The notes beneath the pieces are model-generated. The model did not search any database. It was given only the letters and a program-made list of their open reading frames with translations, and had not been told where the DNA came from. Shown piece by piece: positions 46,941 to 55,534 of a stretch of DNA of 64,000 nucleotides (its first letter is position 1; each line of letters starts with the position of its first letter). Source of the stretch: a virus. Its lineage: Duplodnaviria > Caudoviricetes. Location: IMG/VR virus record IMGVR_UViG_3300037047_000246; one strand, 5' to 3'. The position numbers were made by a program, and so were the translations under genes.

Positions 46941-47864
46941 TCAAACGCGCTCTCGCATGCAAAGTAGGCATTCCACCCGCGGACGTCCACTTGCCAGTTT
47001 GCCGACATAACAGCTTTCAACCGGAACAATGCCATGTCGCTCGCAAACTTTGTGTGTAACAACGCCATTCTGCATGACGTAAGTGCGATTTCGCTCTGAG
47101 TTGGCGTTGGCTGCGTCCAAAGCTGCTTGTTTGATCTTGGCCAGTGCCGCAACTGTATGTTTTTTGCCCTTGAAGGCGAGCGTTGTTTTGGCAATATGCT
47201 CCGGGCTGTGCTTCTTGCCACTGAGTGCGGCAGCAATTTTTGCGCGCACTGTTGGTGTCATTGCAGCACGAGACCGTCTCGATTGCGCTGCTTTGAATGT
47301 CGGTGTGTTGTGAGTCGCCACCATTTTCAAATAGGACTCATGACTAAGCAGTGGGTTCGGCAACGTCGCGCGCTTCGCGCGGTAGTCTTGGCGGTTCCAA
47401 GGGTTCCTACGATTTTTGCGCTTCTGCGGACTGACTGACCGCCAGTAAGCAATGGACGCAGCAGATATTTTCGCTTTGACCAGCGCGTCTGGCTTTCGTG
47501 GCGGCCTTGCCAACTGCTTTGCGCGAAACTCAGGCCTGTGCCATGGATTCGTGATCGGGTGCGGCTTGAACCCGCCTCCGGGCGCGAGGTTGAACCCAAA
47601 CATCGGATCGGTTGTCTTAAACTTCTTGATGAAGCGCCTCTCGGCTGCATTTGCTCGCTGCAGGGAGCTGTATTTTGCGAGCACCTCATGGACGAATGCG
47701 TCTTTGCCGTACTTGCGGATTGCATTAGCGAAGTGTGACCACCCACCACGGTTTCGAGTCGACGTGTAAACGTGTTGATTCCAACGCTGCATCACTGTCT
47801 TCTTGGTCAGCCCGATGTAGCGGCGGCCGGATTCGATGTGGGTGTGGCAGTAAACAGTATACAT
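46941..47864 (-). mobile_element. GIY-YIG homing endonuclease with NUMOD3-like repeats
   Basis: TVYCHTHIESGRRYIGLT...GFNLAPGG; KKHSPEHIAK...GKKHTVAALAKI. Confidence 0.9.
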
Positions 47865-47884
47865 CTACCACATTACCACACCAA

Positions 47885-48313
47885 TCACAAATCCATGACC
47901 TTGCGGCAATAGAATTCATCCAGCGCCATCCGGAAGATTTCTTCCCAGCGGTCCTCCAGGTCTGCGTTGCCCTTGGTGCACATGATGCGCAGAAGCTCGC
48001 GCTTGGCGTCGTGCAGCCGCTTGTCGTCAGCTTCCTCGACGCACTCGGACTCAGTGGCCGGCGCGACGTGCGAAATCTGGCCGCGCAGATGCAGCACCCT
48101 GCGGTCTGAACGCCAATGCGTGCCGCCCCACGAAGCGATTTTGTGCGCTTTGCCCTTGGCGCAGTCGTCGCAGAAGCCGAACACGTCCTGGTATTTGCCG
48201 TTATCTTTGTAAGGCACCAAGTCCGAGTAGTGCACGCGAAAAAAGTGCTTGGCCGGCCGCCCGCAGTTCCTCAGGCGCTTGTCTTCGCTGAGCTTCATTC
48301 CTTTGCATCTCAT
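47885..48313 (-). CDS. Zinc-finger family A-like protein with tag (CRKVMDL)
   Basis: MRC...NCGRPAKHFF...FCDDC...ALDEFYCRKVMDL*. Confidence 0.75.
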   Translation of the reverse strand: MRCKGMKLSEDKRLRNCGRPAKHFFRVHYSDLVPYKDNGKYQDVFGFCDDCAKGKAHKIASWGGTHWRSDRRVLHLRGQISHVAPATESECVEEADDKRLHDAKRELLRIMCTKGNADLEDRWEEIFRMALDEFYCRKVMDL

Positions 48314-48340
48314 TGCGTCACCTCATCGAGAGTTTGCAAG

Positions 48341-48877
48341 CTAAATTTCGTGCACTTCCATGATGCTGAACGCAGTCTCGTGCGCGTCAAGGAATTCGCG
48401 AACCTGCTCGAGCGTGTTCTCGTCCTGCTTGGACAAAGCTCTTTTGCGCGCCCCGGCGGAAACGCGAACTGCCTCCGCATCAGCTGACGTGCAACTCGCT
48501 GCACGGGCAAGCAGCTCCTGCAGGATCACGTCCGCAGGCAGCCGGCCCCGGTGAGCCGAGAAGTGCAGCAGGCATTTGTCCATGTCCCGCGTCTGCAGCA
48601 CCAGTCGAGTGTACTTTGCGTGGTCCAGCTCGGGACGCAGCCGCATAAACCTCGGGTACTCGCGCGCTGCGCTTTGGTAGTAGTAATCGCGCTCGAGGCG
48701 CACGCCGTCCCAGCGCATCTGGTCGCAAATGGACTGGGCGGCCGTGCAGCACTCGCACTCGTCGCCCTGAGCATGATGCTCAACCAGATGTTTGATTAGA
48801 ACAAGGTTTTGGCGTTGGCGCAAATGGTAGTTCACCCATGACTGGACGGCGTTGCTCGTCTTGCGTTTGCGGTTCAT
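48341..48877 (-). CDS. Hypothetical protein with tag (IMEVHEI)
   Basis: AGAGG SD after the promoter cassette. Confidence 0.75.
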   Translation of the reverse strand: MNRKRKTSNAVQSWVNYHLRQRQNLVLIKHLVEHHAQGDECECCTAAQSICDQMRWDGVRLERDYYYQSAAREYPRFMRLRPELDHAKYTRLVLQTRDMDKCLLHFSAHRGRLPADVILQELLARAASCTSADAEAVRVSAGARKRALSKQDENTLEQVREFLDAHETAFSIMEVHEI

Positions 48878-49008
48878 CGCTCGCCTCTCTGCGGTCAGGT
48901 ACGCCGCCGGCCGCCGCACTGGCGGTGCAGCTTGAGCCAGAACACTGACTTCAAAGATTACGGCCGAAGCGCAGGGGCAAGCAGGGCGCGTCGCGAGTAC
49001 GCGAAGAC

Positions 49009-49779
49009 ATGAACAACCGACTGCGCGCCATTTGCGACAAGTTGCCCTGGACGTTCGAAACGTCTGCCGGACGGGACGAGCGGACGAGAGACATCGTGCT
49101 CGGTCTGGGCGATCTTGCCGCTCTCGGGCGCCGGGCGCAGAAAGCGCTCGACGAGCTCGAGCGCTCAGGCAGCTTCAGGGGCCTAGCCCCCTACCTGAAG
49201 ACCAACGAAGGGCGCATTGACCAGCTGAGGTTGGACGCCGCGTCCATGCCGCCTGCTGCAGAGCTCAGCCCAGCGCAGCTGCGCTGGGTGCGGCGCCTGA
49301 AGCTCGAGTGCGTGCGCATCGAACCGAGTTCGGCTTCCACGAGATGGGTAGCTCAACTGTGCGGAGTAGGCTACGATTGGGAGCCCCGCCGCAGCCGATT
49401 CGCAATTGTGCGGACGCAAGTGCAAGTGGCTGCGGCAGTAATTGCCCCATCGCGCAACCACTGCGATTCGTACGCCATAGGGTCTTTCGGTCCAGATCAT
49501 TTGACTCTGGACATGTCGGACGACAGCGCGCCGGAACTGGACCCTGCAAAGCTCGCTCAATCTGCAGCCGAACGGCTGGTGACCTGCTGCGATCGCGGCT
49601 TTCGCTCGGATATGGCCAATGTGCGGGTAGCCAGGAAGCAGGTGCAAGCGAAGCTTGTCGAATCCGGCAAGTGCCTCGAGTGGACGGAGATGTGCCGGGA
49701 AATGATCGCGAGCGCCAAGCGCGAAGCGATGGCGGGCGAGTATGGACAGCAAGCCGTGAAGCACGTGATGGAGACTTGA
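49009..49779 (+). CDS. Hypothetical protein with tag (VKHVMET)
   Basis: 256 aa, divergent from 48341..48877. Confidence 0.75.
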   Translation: MNNRLRAICDKLPWTFETSAGRDERTRDIVLGLGDLAALGRRAQKALDELERSGSFRGLAPYLKTNEGRIDQLRLDAASMPPAAELSPAQLRWVRRLKLECVRIEPSSASTRWVAQLCGVGYDWEPRRSRFAIVRTQVQVAAAVIAPSRNHCDSYAIGSFGPDHLTLDMSDDSAPELDPAKLAQSAAERLVTCCDRGFRSDMANVRVARKQVQAKLVESGKCLEWTEMCREMIASAKREAMAGEYGQQAVKHVMET

Positions 49780-49814
49780 GCGCCGGCGCAAGGCGCCGTG
49801 CGCCGCGCGTACCG
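49775..49814 (+). promoter_or_regulatory. Conserved promoter-like cassette upstream of the BRCT gene
   Basis: Near-identical to 38361..38400. Confidence 0.75.
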
Positions 49815-49846
49815 GGCAGCGGACAACAAACCAAGAGGCGAACGTC

Positions 49847-50188
49847 ATGGCGAGAAAAGGTTCCGAAGGAGAAGCGGTCGGCACTGTGTTGGACGTGATG
49901 GAAATCACCGGCGTGCTTCGCGGCAAGTCGTTCAGCATCACCGGACATCTGGGTTTGCCGCGCGACCAGGTGGTGGCCATCATTGAAAGGGCCGGGGGCA
50001 CGTTCCACAAGACTCCGACATACGGCACGACGTACCTGGTGACGAACCTCGATTGGAACGAGGGGTCCACTGTGGCGTCGGGCACGTCGCGCAAGTTGAT
50101 CAAGGCCCGCGAGATGGGCATCAAGATCTTGTCGGAAAAGCAGCTGCACGACATGATCACGGAGCTGGCCGAAGCGGACAGCAAATGA
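49847..50188 (+). CDS. Stand-alone BRCT-domain protein (DNA ligase LigA C-terminal type)
   Basis: LRGKSFSITGHL...RDQVVAIIERAGG...TTYLVT...SRKLIKAREMGIKILSE. Confidence 0.9.
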   Translation: MARKGSEGEAVGTVLDVMEITGVLRGKSFSITGHLGLPRDQVVAIIERAGGTFHKTPTYGTTYLVTNLDWNEGSTVASGTSRKLIKAREMGIKILSEKQLHDMITELAEADSK

Positions 50189-50376
50189 AGCGCTTCCCCG
50201 GCATGCGGTGCGAATTCAAGTCGTGCCAAAGAGAGGTGGTGCAGTTTTTGCAGACTTGGGCGGACACCCTGGTGTGCAGGTGCGAAGTGCACAGCATACC
50301 TTTCCTAAATATGCGCCGAGACATCAAAGAGATTGACCTGCAGCAAGCTCAAGTGCTAGACGTGCACAGCAAGTGA
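50185..50376 (+). CDS. Zinc-finger family A member with tag (VLDVHSK)
   Basis: RCEFKSC...CRCEVH...EIDLQQAQVLDVHSK*. Confidence 0.75.
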   Translation: MKRFPGMRCEFKSCQREVVQFLQTWADTLVCRCEVHSIPFLNMRRDIKEIDLQQAQVLDVHSK

Positions 50377-50386
50377 GGGTGACTCG

Positions 50387-51133
50387 ATGGTTGGCAGATT
50401 TGTGGTGGACAACAACTCTGATCCGGCGGAAGCAAAGCAAGTTTTGCGCCAGCTCCGCCGCACAGTCCGGTTGGGCAAGATAGCGGAGCGCGCTCTGAAG
50501 TCTTTGGAGGAGAGAGGATCTTTCGACAGCAGGGTCGTCGTGCTGCACAGGGAATATGGCTACTACTGCGCTGCTGTGCGAAAGTTGTCTGCTTACAGAC
50601 CCTTCAGTCGGGACGACGTGCCCGGTTGGCCTGAGCTGACTGTGGTGTGCGGCAAGAAGACCATAGGGTCCCACGGCGGCTCCCGATTCGACCAAGTGTC
50701 TTTGTGGCTGCTTGGCACAGGGTTTGCGCCGCGCCGCCATATCAAGCCGGTCGACCAGTGGGAGCAGGTGACCCTGCGCAAAGGCGTGCCGGGAGCGAGG
50801 CTCGGCACATGTCGCATGAAGGCGAACGGCGAAGTGACGTTTGTCGTGTCGTCGTCTCTAGAAGAGACGACGAACTGCGTGATACGCATCAGCCGGAATC
50901 CAGGCGCTTCTGCCAAGTCCTTGGCAGAAGCGCAGCGCTTTGCGCGCGTCGTGGCGGCATGCTTGGTGGATGTCGGCCGCCCCCACGAACTGGAGCTGTT
51001 CAAAAAGTGTCCGCAGTACTTGACGGACCTGCGGCGCGCTGCGCCTGACTGGCTCATTGAAGACGGACACGTCCACCGGATGTTCAACGACATTCTGGAC
51101 GCTGTTGCAGTTGTTCGAGTGATGGAGGCGTGA
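50387..51133 (+). CDS. Hypothetical protein with tag (VVRVMEA)
   Basis: 248 aa track ORF with a GAGGGTGA SD. Confidence 0.75.
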   Translation: MVGRFVVDNNSDPAEAKQVLRQLRRTVRLGKIAERALKSLEERGSFDSRVVVLHREYGYYCAAVRKLSAYRPFSRDDVPGWPELTVVCGKKTIGSHGGSRFDQVSLWLLGTGFAPRRHIKPVDQWEQVTLRKGVPGARLGTCRMKANGEVTFVVSSSLEETTNCVIRISRNPGASAKSLAEAQRFARVVAACLVDVGRPHELELFKKCPQYLTDLRRAAPDWLIEDGHVHRMFNDILDAVAVVRVMEA

Positions 51134-51515
51134 GCATGATCGAATTCAAATCGGCCGGGGCGACGAGGTCTGGCAAGCGGGTGCAGGCGCACTTCAAAGT
51201 GGACGGCCAAACCCGGTGCTGGACTTTGACGCCGACGCTCGCCGAGCAGTTCAAAAAGCAGTTCGATAGAGGCGGCACATCGAGAGACATCACCGTGTAC
51301 CAAATGTTGGCGAGCATGATCGGAGGCGACACGATCAGGCTGCGCCAGACCGCGCAGGAGCGCAAGATGCAGCATCGCGTGCAGCGCTGCGGCTGTCCGA
51401 GGCCGACAGCGCGCTGGTCGCATGGACGAGGCAGGCGCTGCAGTTTGGCATGAGCGATGCCAGGCTGCGCGAGATCTTCGAAGAAGCGATCGTGCAAAAC
51501 ACGCACGAGTCGTGA
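51130..51515 (+). CDS. Hypothetical protein split by a frameshift near 51380, or followed by a 21 aa tag-only micro-ORF (51450..51515)
   Basis: The alternative frame reads AALRLSEADSALVAWTRQALQFGMSDARLREIFEEAIVQNTHES*. Confidence 0.65.
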
Positions 51516-51517
51516 AT

Positions 51518-51561
51518 GCGGATGAGGGCGGATCGATTTGACTCAATCCGCCCTCATCCGC
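51518..51561. terminator. 16-bp perfect inverted repeat between convergent gene blocks
   Basis: GCGGATGAGGGCGGAT-N12-ATCCGCCCTCATCCGC. Confidence 0.75.
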
Positions 51562-51690
51562 TCCCAGTTTAATTGGAGGACTTCTGCCTCACATATTAAA
51601 TTGGCTACTGCGCGGAATGTCGGGCCATCGTCCGCGCCATCTCGCCCGGCCAGGTGTTCCTATTAGCTACTGTCTAGACGCATGTTGGCC

Positions 51691-52056
51691 TCACATTCCG
51701 TGGATGCTTTTGACAAGATCTTTGCGCAAAAACTGTACAATGAGAGATGCAGCGCGTCTCGGGGATGCGGTTTGGTGTAGCGCGAACTCTGTCGTGAAAA
51801 AAGCCGGAGTGCCCGTCACGACAGTGGCCGTGACCGTAGAGTGGCGGAGCTGGGACTTGAAGAATGACATTTCGGCCACGCGGCATCCGCCAAAGCTCAC
51901 CGACTCCCGGTAAAAGAATACGCCTGCTGCGCGCGATTCGAGCGGCGTCATGGCGAGCTCGTAACCTTCTTTCTTGAGTCTGGCCGCAACGACAGCATGC
52001 GCTTCTCTGGCGAGAATCTCGAAAGCTCTGCTGCGATTGCTAGACAACGCTCTCAA
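51691..52056 (-). CDS. Hypothetical protein
   Basis: Coupled ORF. Confidence 0.55.
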   Translation of the reverse strand: MRALSSNRSRAFEILAREAHAVVAARLKKEGYELAMTPLESRAAGVFFYRESVSFGGCRVAEMSFFKSQLRHSTVTATVVTGTPAFFTTEFALHQTASPRRAASLIVQFLRKDLVKSIHGM

Positions 52057-52406
52057 AATCTGTTGGCCCTTCTTGAGCGGCGCTTGCGCGGGATCGGAGC
52101 GGCTGCTGCTTCAAGCGGCATGACGCCGAAGTGCTCGATTTCCGCGGCCAGCGGATTGGTGTCGCCGGCGCGGCAGTCGAACAGCACCGTGGCGCAGTCG
52201 GCCCGGCCTCCAGCCCGGTCCCGCTTGAGCACAAGCACAATGCCGTCGACCAGCGCCTGGTCGTCTCCCGCAGCCGTTCGCTCTCGAAGAGGGATGGCCT
52301 CGGCGGCCAGGCGCTCCAGCTCCTGCAAAGCCTGCATGCGAGAAGCGCCAGGCATGCGCCGCTCGATGAACCTGTCGACTGCGTGCTCTGTGAAACGGAT
52401 CTTCAT
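52053..52406 (-). CDS. Small protein with an HAVDRFIER motif (RelE/DUF4258-like fold suspected)
   Basis: MKIRFTEHAVDRFIERR; motif resemblance only. Confidence 0.55.
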   Translation of the reverse strand: MKIRFTEHAVDRFIERRMPGASRMQALQELERLAAEAIPLRERTAAGDDQALVDGIVLVLKRDRAGGRADCATVLFDCRAGDTNPLAAEIEHFGVMPLEAAAAPIPRKRRSRRANRF

Positions 52407-52444
52407 AGCATCCTCAGCTTGTATTCCATCCCCAACACCAAACT

Positions 52445-53416
52445 TTACTTCTTGTGTTTGGCCGCCCACTCCTCAAGCGTCGGGATCTTGACGGGACCGC
52501 TGTTGGTCTTGATAGCTTCGTGCGAGTAGTGCTCCATCAGCACGCGCCACAGAGCGACGCGCGCTGCTGGGTGCTTGGGAACGATCCAACCTTTCTCAAC
52601 GCGATCGAAGAAGGCGCGGGGGATGGCGCCGCAGGCTCGCCCGAACTCTCGGGTCCAGCTGGCGCGCTTGATCCAGACATGGTGGTTGCCCGCATGCAGC
52701 TTGGAATCTTTGATCTGACCAATGACCAGCGAATTCCGCAGGGTATTGGCGAGACGCCCGTATCCGAGCATCTCAATAGCATTGCAACAGGCCGGGTGCA
52801 CCGGCGATTTGCGATTCAGAGCTGCGATGCGCACCAGGCCGTTCATCAGACCGCGCAGGCCAAACGGCTTGTAATGCTCTATCAGAAATTCGACCAGAGC
52901 CGGGTACTCCGCGAGCTCGATCATTGCACCCATTTCGTCAGAGTCTATGGGATCCTCGGCATATCCCTTGCCGGCGCAGTCCGGTCCCAAACATCGCTGG
53001 ATGCTCAGTGCATCGGTCAGCGGCATGCCGCAACTGATGCACTTCTCCGCGATGCCGTTCAGCACCATCGTGCCGTGCACCATCTTCTCGGTCGAGATGG
53101 CCCCGACGATCGCCTTGGACAGCTCCAGGCGGCGGGCCTTCTGCTCCGCGGTCTCGGCCTGAGCGGCCGGGGCGGCCTGAACGGCGGGGGCTTCGACTTC
53201 GGGGGCGGACTCGGCCTGAATGGCCGCGCGCTCCTGCCTGTCGAAGTCCTTCTCGAGCTGCACGGCCTGCTCCTCGCGGCCCTCTTCGGCTGCTGCAGCA
53301 GCCTCTTCGGCTTGGGCGATCTCGGCCAGGTCAGAAGAGGCTGGGGGCGGCTCGCTCGCTGGCTCGCTCGCGCCAGAAATGAGTGCATCCAACTGCGCCA
53401 AGAAACTGTTCGACAT
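52445..53416 (-). CDS. DUF6011-like zinc-finger protein with an acidic/Ala-rich N-terminus
   Basis: CISCGMPLTDALSIQRCLGPDC; GGAGGTGA SD. Confidence 0.8.
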   Translation of the reverse strand: MSNSFLAQLDALISGASEPASEPPPASSDLAEIAQAEEAAAAAEEGREEQAVQLEKDFDRQERAAIQAESAPEVEAPAVQAAPAAQAETAEQKARRLELSKAIVGAISTEKMVHGTMVLNGIAEKCISCGMPLTDALSIQRCLGPDCAGKGYAEDPIDSDEMGAMIELAEYPALVEFLIEHYKPFGLRGLMNGLVRIAALNRKSPVHPACCNAIEMLGYGRLANTLRNSLVIGQIKDSKLHAGNHHVWIKRASWTREFGRACGAIPRAFFDRVEKGWIVPKHPAARVALWRVLMEHYSHEAIKTNSGPVKIPTLEEWAAKHKK

Positions 53417-53419
53417 GCT

Positions 53420-53472
53420 GTCACCTCCGCTCCTCGGTACGCGCACAGCGCGCACACTTACGATTTCGTTCC
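53420..53472 (-). promoter_or_regulatory. Promoter-like cassette
   Basis: GCGCGTACCG...GGAGGTGA-cagc-ATG. Confidence 0.7.
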
Positions 53473-53569
53473 ACTCGCGGTCCTGCTCTGCTATGACCTG
53501 CTGCTTGATGGCTCCCATACGGTCACCTACTGCAAATGTGCCGGGATTTACAGAGTTCAGCAGTTTGCG

Positions 53570-54292
53570 CTATTCGTCTTGCACCGCTTCCACCATGACT
53601 TCGTTCCAGGCCTCTGCAATTGCAGCACTAACAGCCTGTTCAAGGCTACGTCGGTCTGTTTCACGAAGCACGCCAAGTTTCGTCATCATCTTCTTCGTCA
53701 CACTTTTCAAATGTTCGGCAATGGCTGCAGATATAGCAAGGCCTCTGAGTTCAGACCATTTGCGAAGAATTTCCTGCATCCGCCGCACGCCTATCACTTC
53801 CTTGCAAGCCGCATCTATCGCTTCATTAAATCTGCCCCCTTATCATGATCGTCAAACCACCATTGCTGCGACAAGCAACTCTCTAAAATCTTTCCATGAC
53901 GCCATTTTTCCTCTGCCACAGTCCGCACCGCACGAACAACGTCTTTCTCGTCAATCGAGTACCAGCTAAGCTCCCTGCTGTTGTGTCTCAAAATGTTCAT
54001 GTGTGGCTCGTCGTCAAGTTTGACTGTGATCCCCCCATGCGTCAATGTTGGCAGACACGGCTTCATACCGAAGCCGCAGGTCACCCTCCTTGGCACTCTT
54101 CAGGACGCTAGCCAAGTTCCTTTTATAAGACGCCTTATTTGCAGCTGCCTTTGCAGCCTCCATCTGTTCAACTCGCACCGAGCGAACTTCATCATTCATC
54201 TTTTTCATCAGACGTTTGACTGTCGAAGCAGGGAGGCCTTTTTGTTTGCACAACCGTTCCAATTCTTGCGTCAAACACATATCGTCTCTCAT
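53570..54292 (-). pseudogene. Probably one tagged protein (ends VEAVQDE) broken into three ORFs at G-homopolymers
   Basis: Track ORFs 54014..54292, 53815..54096 and 53570..53797 join at the G6 (54031-54036) and G5 (53835-53839) runs. Confidence 0.55.
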
Positions 54293-54465
54293 GAATCTTG
54301 CACCATCTGCACCGCGATTTCGCGAACTCGGTCACTTATCTCTTCCGGCGACAGGCCGAGCTTCAACAGAGTTTCCACGCCTGTACGAAGGGACTGTTCC
54401 GCAAGCTCTTTGGCGAGTTTCAGATTCCAATCAGGATCTCCGCCTTGTTTGTCACCTTTCGACAT
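54289..54465 (-). CDS. 58 aa helical micro-protein with tag (VQMVQDS)
   Basis: MSKGDK...LLKLGLSPEEISDRVREIAVQMVQDS*; GGAGTGA SD. Confidence 0.7.
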   Translation of the reverse strand: MSKGDKQGGDPDWNLKLAKELAEQSLRTGVETLLKLGLSPEEISDRVREIAVQMVQDS

Positions 54466-54497
54466 TCGGTCACTCCACGTTCCAAGGTTTACGCAAA

Positions 54498-54749
54498 TCA
54501 GTCTGTCTGCACGCGGTGCACTATTCACTCTTCGAACGAAATTTCCGATATGCCAAGCAGTGCAAATTGTGGCGAGTGGTACTCGCAGCGCGCCAGCGTT
54601 TCCCCGTCTGCGCGAAGGAAGAAGTGCGCTGCGAATTTTTCGCACTGTTTTAATGGTGAAGGGCTGAGCCCAACATACACGAGACAAAATGCTTCGCACT
54701 GCACGCGGCCAAGAGCTGTCGCCCGGTCACACATCCTGCACTGCCTCAA
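54498..54749 (-). CDS. Zinc-finger family A member with an in-frame TGA at 54525-54527 just before the tag
   Basis: QCEKFAAHFF...ARCEYH...SEISFEE*IVHRVQTD*. Confidence 0.7.
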
Positions 54750-55176
54750 CCAGCACCTCTTTGCACATAACGGCGAGCTCCTGCTCCAGGGAGTCCAACG
54801 TCTCGCCGCGCCTGACCAGGTCGACCAGGAGGGGTCGAAGCTTGCGGATGCACGCTCGGACTCGGATCTTGGTGTTGGTCAACTCGCGTTTCGGCAACCC
54901 AGCGAACCCTTGCGCAATCGCTGCCTCGAGCCGGTCCAGGTCTTCGGCCGGCAGCTCGCAGCACGAAATGTGTCCCACGGATGCCATCGCCGATCTCGTA
55001 GAGGCTAAAAACCAGCTTCCTTCTTCATGCTGCACGATGTGCGAATGCTCATCGCGATTAAATTGACCTTCGTAGTATCGAAGTTGTTTTGCTGCTCCAT
55101 TGTAGCTTACCGAGATCATGACTCTTGGTAAGCTCCTTTTCAGGGCAGACGTCCGCGGCTTCCCAATTTCAATCAC
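54727..55176 (-). CDS. Hypothetical protein with helical tag (VEAVQDV)
   Basis: ...DLVRRGETLDSLEQELAVMCKEVLVEAVQDV*. Confidence 0.7.
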   Translation of the reverse strand: MIEIGKPRTSALKRSLPRVMISVSYNGAAKQLRYYEGQFNRDEHSHIVQHEEGSWFLASTRSAMASVGHISCCELPAEDLDRLEAAIAQGFAGLPKRELTNTKIRVRACIRKLRPLLVDLVRRGETLDSLEQELAVMCKEVLVEAVQDV

Positions 55177-55511
55177 GGCACTTTCTCCAGAGGCACGATC
55201 CGCGCCGGGTTGCTGCGGCTGTCGATGTAGCGCTGCAGCTGCTGGGTGCAAATTGCGCACAGCGCCTTCAGGCGCCCGTCTTGGGTGTGCATAGGCTTCC
55301 CATCTTTGTCGACGAGCATCTGCGTGGCTTCGACCGGATGCGCTTCGAGCCAAGCCCGCCTGAACTTCTCGAGCTGAAAGCCGCGCAGCTTTGCGGTGCG
55401 ATTCTGGCAAATTGCTTTGCCCTCGCGGGCGAGAGTCGTGACGTAGACTTTGTCGAGGTGCAGATGTAAATGGCTGTAGCAATTCATATCAGTCGCCTCC
55501 GCCGTCGACAT
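55173..55511 (-). CDS. Zinc-ribbon hypothetical protein
   Basis: AICQN...LCAIC; GGAGG near the start. Confidence 0.6.
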   Translation of the reverse strand: MSTAEATDMNCYSHLHLHLDKVYVTTLAREGKAICQNRTAKLRGFQLEKFRRAWLEAHPVEATQMLVDKDGKPMHTQDGRLKALCAICTQQLQRYIDSRSNPARIVPLEKVP

Positions 55512-55534
55512 GTGTATGTTCGAGAATGTTCGAG

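Noticed and set aside
55111-55140. Tag-like KGAYQES* in an alternate frame
   Set aside because: It is bounded by an upstream stop with no start codon and lacks V-4; probably chance or a remnant.
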